Part shown: one piece after another, positions 57,450-64,000 of the stretch
How the letters are laid out: each line of letters opens with the position of its first letter
Position numbering within the stretch: the first letter of the stretch is position 1
Source of the DNA: Macrostomum lignano
Lineage: Eukaryota
Assembly (NCBI GenBank): GCA_002269645.1
Contig: NIVC01001355.1
Coordinates: 205,882-269,881, forward strand
Direction of reading: 5' to 3'
Length of the DNA stretch: 64,000 bases
Position numbers and translations under genes: made by a program
Notes under the pieces: generated by a model
Told to the model about the DNA's origin: nothing
What the model saw: only the letters and a program-made list of their open reading frames with translations
Databases searched by the model: none

Positions 57450-60400
57450 AATAATAATGGAAGCTATTGTCTTTGGTGAATCTTATATGGCATCCGCTCT
57501 TAGTCACCTGTCTTGGCTCTGTTGTAGTAAATGCAATGAGTAGATCCAGTGTTGGTGACACTAATGGCAAGTTGGATCCCATAGCTATTGGCAGTGTTAA
57601 GCTAGACTCAATTGCTAATATCTGTATTTTAGATGGCTATTAAAATGATGACAGGTTCTTAGATTGATGCTGCTTAGTTGACCATATACTGTTGGCTTGT
57701 TGGGGTCCTTAGAATGCTTTTAAACAGTCAATAAAAACAGCTTCTTGGTGACCTAGATGCATCTTTATAGTGAAAAATGTTGTCATCCTTTGGATGACTT
57801 GGTTGGAAGGAGCTTAGATAGGTGCTTTGAAAGGCTTGTGCACATAGTCCATTCTTAGTCAGACTTTCTTGGCACTCAAAATGTCAGTTAGGATGTTACT
57901 GTTTTACTGTTAACAGTCTTACTGTTGTTGTGCTTGGGCATTGTTCATTCAATGATGCTATCTATCTAGAGCTACAGAGTCTAAGGTTCAATTTCTTTTG
58001 TTGCCAATACTTGCGAATTCAGGGGGTGCTCACCCATGAGGCATGTAAATGGACTGACACCATTCTTGTCTAGATTAATGTGTATAGCAAGCAAAGTGAG
58101 CAGCAAACTGTCTAGCCAAGAAGATCCATGAGCTTTTAGAATGTTCTTTAGCATTCTGTGCACCTATTCAATATTCCTATTTGTCTACGGGCAATATGCT
58201 GTTATCCTCAGATAAAAGAAACTGACCTTGCTATCAAGGTACTTAAAGAGGTTCGCCTCAATTTGGGCTCCTTGATCTGTCACAATGTAGTGTGGCACTC
58301 TATATTGGGAAATCCAAGTAGCCAGGAAGGTGTTAGCAATGTTGGATACTATGATCGACTTAAGCGGAGCAGCCTCAAACCAACTGGTATCCCAGTCAAT
58401 CATTGTAAGCAGATACTTGGGTGTCAGGCTGCAGGAGACATTGTACTTGCATTCTGGATTGGCAAAAGGCCAACAATGTCAATATAGACTATCTCCAGTT
58501 GGTTAGTAGGCAGGTCAAATGCTATGATACTAGAGATAGTGTGCTGGCTGATCTTGGTACATTAAAAAGTCTTCAGGCTTGGCAGTAACTCTTGATGTTA
58601 AAGCATATGTTATGCCAATAATAGCGCAAAATTATTAAGGTAGGCTGTTTTGCAAAGGCCAAAGTGACCCAAGTAGTAGAAGTGTCAGATCAGTGACTAT
58701 TGCATTGAATTTGGAATCACTGATTGTGAGTAGCTTGCCAATGTCTCAGAGCAGCAACCTATTGCCATCCACCAGGAAGATGCGACAGTTGTCAGATGGT
58801 TTTTTTTATTAGAGGCAGGGGGGTTGTGTGCACCCTGGCGCACTTTAAGCGACATAGGCACACAACCGGCGAGAGGCATTACTGCCCATTCTGCCGACTC
58901 CCCTAAGCAGGCATACAAGCGCGCGGATATGTACGCAGGCACACACTCACATAGGAGTGTACAGCGGCCCTAACTTTATATTATCGTTAGGCATGTACAC
59001 TTCACTGCGCCTTGGGGGGGTTGGCTCTCAAGGCTGTTAATTGCACGAGCAGAGCCAAGCCAAGATTCCAATTCAGCCCCAAATTAATGTGACTGCACTT
59101 GGAATTGAGCCTGGGTTGCTGGCACACCAGAGCAGCTGCGCTACCGCTGGGCTATGGCCCCCCTTTGTCAGATGGTTACATTGTCTTCCTATTGCTACTA
59201 GTCTACAATGGCTAGGATATCAAATGGTGCTGCTGGTGGCTAGTTGGCATCCATATACCCAATGCTTACTCTGTTGGTATTGAGTATTGAGAGAGCAATT
59301 GCAACAATGTTGTTGGTGCCTCAGATGTAGCTGATATCTATTGACACTCCGTAATGACACTGAGGTAGCGCTGGTTCCTGTCTAATGTGCCATCTCTGCT
59401 GCTGTGGAATGCTTGAACCAAAGGCTTGTGGTCTTTGAAGACTGTCACATTGCATCCCGCAATCAAGCTCCAAAAGTGCAGCACTGTGAGATATTTGGCA
59501 AGCTCTTGATCCAATGCTAATTACTTCTACTGCGCAGCCATCAACTTCTTGCTAAAAAGGCCAATTGGTACCATATTCTTGTTAGATGCTTGATATAGAG
59601 TGGTGCCAATGCTAGTAGATGAAGTGTCTATTATTAGGCTATAAGATTTGCAATTTGGATCTGGGTATTAAAGCAGCATTTGCTCAGCCAGGCTCTCCTT
59701 GAGTAGCCTGAATGCCTCTTCATGGATTTTTCCATAGGTATATACTTGCAATGAACATTGTGCCAATGTAATGAGGTCTTGAAGTGGTGCAGCGATATTA
59801 GGAAAGTGCAGGATAAAATGCCAATAAAAGCCAATGATGCCTAGGAATTACCTTAACGCATTCATGTCCTTGGGTGCTAGCCACTATTGAATGGTATCTA
59901 TCTTGGAGGCAAGCAGGTGGATGATGTCCCAGGAAAGTGACTTCTGGTTGCATCAAAATGCATGTAGCCAGCTAAACCTTGAGGCCATAGTGACCCAATT
60001 GTGACAAGATAGCTTCTAGGTATTGCAAGTGCTCCTTTTCACTCGCAGATACCACCAGAAGGTTGTCAATGTAACAGATGGCGAAAGGGAGTCTGTGGAG
60101 CACACCGTCAATAAATTGCTAGAATGTTTATGCTGTGCTTGTACACTTGTACAACCTAAATGATATGACTGGCGGTCTTGTGGATATCTTCCTCAGCAAT
60201 TGGGTTCTGATGGTAAACTCTTACCAGGTCTAGCTTCGAAAAGACTTTCGTACCGTGCAGACTCCTCGTGAAGCACTGGATGTGAGAATTGGATACTTGT
60301 CTGGCTTGGTCAACCTGTTGAACTGCCGATAAGTCACCACAGGGACGCAGGGTCTCCACAGGTTACCAAAATTTATGCTGGCTGGATCAGCTAGATCAGC
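57450..60400 (-). mobile_element. Ty3/Gypsy LTR-retrotransposon pol remnant (RT-RNase H-integrase), many stops
   Basis: RT: LHGTKVFSKLDLVRVYHQNPIAEEDIHKTA (~60160-60260). RNase H: PIGLFSKKL..DQEL..DHKPLV (~59420-59600). Integrase: YIDIVGLLP, IDWDTSWFEAAPL..FLATWISQYRVPHYIVTDQGAQIE..RITAYCP, MHRMLK (~58000-58500). Domain order RT-RH-IN. No LTRs identified. Confidence 0.9.
58830..59163 (-). mobile_element. SINE family B inserted in the Gypsy remnant
   Basis: Reverse complement starts GGGGGGCCATAGCCCAGCGGTAGCG...GGCTCAATTCCAAGTGCAGTCACATTAATTTGG and matches 35953-36700. Confidence 0.8.
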
Positions 60401-60660
60401 TGATAATAGTGCATATATAGTCTGTTGCTATACCTACTAATAGTGAATTGGACAATTGACATGTAGTTATTTTTCAATTAAAACAGTACTTATTTATTCA
60501 AATTACATAAAAATTTAGATAGTCAATATACTATATAGTAAATTGATAGATTACTTTTTATTGCTTATAATCTGTAATTATACTGTATTTCGTTTATAAA
60601 AATTTAATTTCAGCCAGCTCAACAGTGGGTCTGATTTATCCCTTATTCTACTCCATTGCA

Positions 60661-62052
60661 ATGCTGCCAGTCTGTGACACGCCAAACTGTGGCAAAGAGG
60701 CCAAATTTCGGTGTCCAACCTGCTCCAAACTGGGCATCGAAGGCTCATTCTTCTGCACGCAGAACTGTTTCAAAGGCTACTGGAAAGAGCACAAGAAGGT
60801 GCACGCACTGTTTGAACAGTTGAAAAATCAGGGTGCCGCACCACTGGGAGGCGACTTGTCGCAACCGCTGATTGTGAGTCATCAGTCAATCATTCTAATG
60901 TGCATTGGACTGACACTTGATCAAATAGCATGGAATATGGATTAATGACATCGACGAATTGATTAATGACATGGACTGTGGATTAATGACATGGACTCTG
61001 GATTAATGAAATGGACTGCTGATTGATGACATGGACTATTGATAAATCTTGTGGACTGTACGATCAGTTACTGCCATGGACGGTCAACTCGATGTCTACG
61101 GTCGTTTTTACTCTGCTCCCCAGGTGTCCTGGCCCGGCTACAATTTCACTGGCGACCTGCGCCCCTACCGTCAGAGTCCCCGGCGCCAATTGCCAGACAC
61201 CGTGACCGGCCGACCGGACTACTGGCGCGACGGCACTCCGTATAGCGAGCGCCAGGACAAGGGCCTGCTCAGGGTGCTCGGTGACGAGGAGCAGGAGGAT
61301 ATGCGCATTGTCTGCCGGCTTGCTCGCGAAGTGCTGGAGGAGGCGATGCGGGCGGTCGAGCCCGGTGTCACCACGGACGCGATCGACCGACTGGTGCACG
61401 AAGCCAGCATCGAGCGAGACTGCTATCCGTCTCCATTGAACTACTACGGTTTCCCGAAGTCCTGCTGCACATCCGTGAACGAAGTGATCTGTCACGGCAT
61501 CCCGGATATGCGGCCACTAGCCGATGGCGATATTGTTAACATCGACGTGACCTGCTACCATCGGAGCATCACGGCGACCTCAACGAAACAGCGTTTGTTG
61601 GCTCAGTAGACGAGGAGAGCCGCAGGCTGGTCCAAGTCACCTGGGAGTGCCTGCGCAAGGCTATCGAAATGGTTAAACCGGGCGTACGTTATCGCGACGT
61701 TGGCGACGTAATTCAACAGCACGCCCACTCGGCCGGCCTGTCGGTGGTGCGCACCTACTGCGGTCACGGCGTCCACCGGCTGTTCCACTGCGCGCCGAAC
61801 GTGCCGCACTACGCGCGCAACAAAGCCGTCGGCGTGATGAAGCCCGGCCACGTGTTCACAATCGAGCCAATGATTAATCAGGGCGTATGGAAGGACCAGC
61901 TGTGGCCGGACAAGTGGACATCGGTCACTTTAGATGGCAAACGTCCGGCCCAGTTTGAGGATACGCTGCTAGTGACCGAGACCGGTTGCGAAGTCCTCAC
62001 TAGGCGCTCGGTTGACGATGGTAAACCGTTTTTTATGTCACAGCCGGCCTGA
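60661..62052 (+). CDS. METAP1: Methionine aminopeptidase 1 (eukaryotic type Ib, N-terminal zinc finger), 2 exons, 1-nt frameshift at ~61566; possibly a decaying copy
   Basis: Exon 60661-60873 ([15 protein letters not shown]...[19 protein letters not shown]), intron 60874-61123 (GT-AG), exon 61124-62052 ([40 protein letters not shown] after the shift, [23 protein letters not shown]). Exon 2 is 929 nt, one short of a full frame. Confidence 0.95.
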
Positions 62053-62199
62053 ACTGGTCCTGCATGGATTGTGTTTGTCATTTTAATAACCAAAATAAGT
62101 GTTTTTTCCCGGTTCTTTGTTTGTGTAACAGTCATCCGTTTGTAGAAATTTGTTTCAAATTTGTCTGTCACGTCGATAGATTCAGATTGAACCTTCAGG

Positions 62200-62740
62200 C
62201 TCAGCAGTCTCCCGAGTCCTCTGATGGAACCTTTAGCAATCAGCACCCTCCCGAGTCCTCAGATGGAACCTTCAGCACCCTCCGAGCCCTCCGATTGAAG
62301 CTTCAGCATCCTCCCGAGTCCTCAGATGAAACCTTCAGCATCCTCCTAGCCCTCAGATGGAACCTTCAGCACCCTCCCGAGTCCTTAGATTGAAGCTTCA
62401 GCACCCTCCCGAGTCCTCAGTGGAACCTTCAGCATCCTTTCGAGTCCTCAGATGGAACCTTCAGCATCCTTTCGAGTCCTCAAGATGGAACCTTCAGCAC
62501 TCTCCCGAGTCCTCAAGATGGAACCTTCAGCACCCTCCCGAGTCCTCGAGATGGAACCTTCAGCACCCTCCGAGCCCTCAAAATGGAACCTTCAGCACCC
62601 TCCCGAGTCCTCAAAATGGAACCTTCAGCACCCTCCCGAGTCCTCAAGATGGAACCTTCAGCACCCTCCCGAGTCCTCAAGATGGAACCTTCAGCACCCT
62701 CCGAGCCCTCAGATTGAAGCTTCAGCACCTTTCAGAGTCC
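62200..62740. repeat. ~32-33-bp minisatellite downstream of METAP1
   Basis: Unit ~GATGGAACCTTCAGCACCCTCCCGAGTCCTCAA. Confidence 0.93.
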
Positions 62741-64000
62741 TCTAATAGTCCTTTTATACATTGTGCAGCAGTTGCTCTTCCATATCTCTTTACTGGCATT
62801 GCGTTATAGTAGTTTAGGAAAACTTGTTTCGTATTATTTGTACTCAGCGTATTATTAATATCTATTATATTGCTGCATTTCCCAGTTCCCATTAGTAAAA
62901 GTTATTAAGCAGACGCAATTTTGTGTCCAATTTTAATGTACGTGTATTATTTGAGTTGTTTGTTTAGCCAATCCACAATGCAATATTTTGCAGTTTTACA
63001 GCTGTGTTGACCTCCATTCTTTTTAGTGTTATATAAATGACAGGTTTAGGTAGTGTAATGTTATGTACAAACACAAAAAATAAGATTGCTTGCAATAATT
63101 GCGTGTATAGCTGAAATAGAAATAAACTTGTTTTAAATAACATATTTTAAACGCATTAGAATTTCCATCATTTTCTTTTAAAGATGAAGCCACAGTCAGG
63201 CCCGATGTATAGATAACACATTATATAGCCTAGTAATGATTTTCTATATTAAGTATCGCATACAAACCTAAACTGAACTAGTTGCTGCCAAAATTATTTA
63301 TACAGTACGTATTAATATCGGTTCGCCTTACTTGCCTGCTCGCTTTTCAGTTGCTGCAGCCTGTTTGTGTGTGTGTGTGTGTAAGTGCGTGTGTGCATCA
63401 CCATCTTGTCTCTGTGCCTCTGCTGCCTACAATTTCGCTTGCTGTGCATACTGTGCATAGTGCATCTTCTGAACTGGCTAGACTAGACACTGAGGTTTAT
63501 ACTGCGTATCACCGGATTTCGTTTCAGTAGCTACGAGCTAAGCTAGTGATAGTTTTGTCAAAGTTGGTGTAATTGGAAAAAACATCTTATATATTTTTAT
63601 ACCGTGTCTATTGGCTAATCCACTAATGCTACAGTAACTAAATGGGCCACTTAGTTATATTTTCTTGGTAATAACACTTCTCTACTTTGAGTTCAGTAGC
63701 AAGGAAGCGTGTGTAAGCTATTTTTCGAAAAGAAGTAAAGTTGGTGTGACTTGCAGACGTAAACAACTCGCTATTGGTGCAGTCGTAATGTACATTAGCC
63801 AGTGCCATTGGAAATGTACATGGGTGGAGCTTTAGGTTAGACGGAACACCGCGAGGAAGGCAATAAAAATTGAGCGGCGGGACTGGGGTAGAGATTTTAC
63901 GCGGAAAGACACGGTTGGGGAGGGGGGCTCCGCAACGGGGGAGGGGTGAAGAGAGCTAATCGAATCTAATGTAATGTATGTACATCTTAACAGCTTTAGG

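Noticed and set aside
60661-62052. Bacterial (horizontally acquired) map gene
   Set aside because: It has a spliceosomal intron and the eukaryotic N-terminal zinc finger.

Overview
Eukaryotic (animal) genomic DNA, not prokaryotic: GC-rich exons with GT-AG introns sit in AT-rich, repeat-saturated DNA. The style resembles a free-living flatworm such as Macrostomum; this is inference, not a database match. Four host genes can be assembled by eye. (1) A WD40 beta-propeller gene (+, ~13.6-16.0 kb). (2) A 21-exon, ~1,220-aa secreted mosaic protein (+, 19107-38813): signal peptide, PAN/apple, EGF, 2xTSR, SRCR, 11xTSR, then a Caspr/CNTNAP-type fibrinogen-like module. (3) An SLC9B/NHA-type Na+/H+ antiporter (-, 39705-~42590). 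(4) A methionine aminopeptidase 1 gene (+, 60661-62052). The last three each carry an apparent frameshift. Mobile DNA includes a TIR element with an 8-bp TSD and nested cargo (2759-6822, containing an RTE LINE remnant), a full-length LOA/R1/I-group LINE with a 12-bp TSD (45766-51655), a foldback element with 176-bp internal repeats (52228-54874), a heavily mutated Gypsy pol remnant, two tRNA-derived SINE families and many mini/microsatellites. The most unusual signals are the mosaic TSR protein with a different satellite in many of its introns, strongly over-represented TA-flanked palindromes (TACATGTA, TAGGCCTA) that behave as insertions between paralogous copies, an inverted 1.25-kb repeat pair with a conserved splice donor and a hammerhead-like 3' motif, and C-to-T/G-to-A hypermutation of old repeats.
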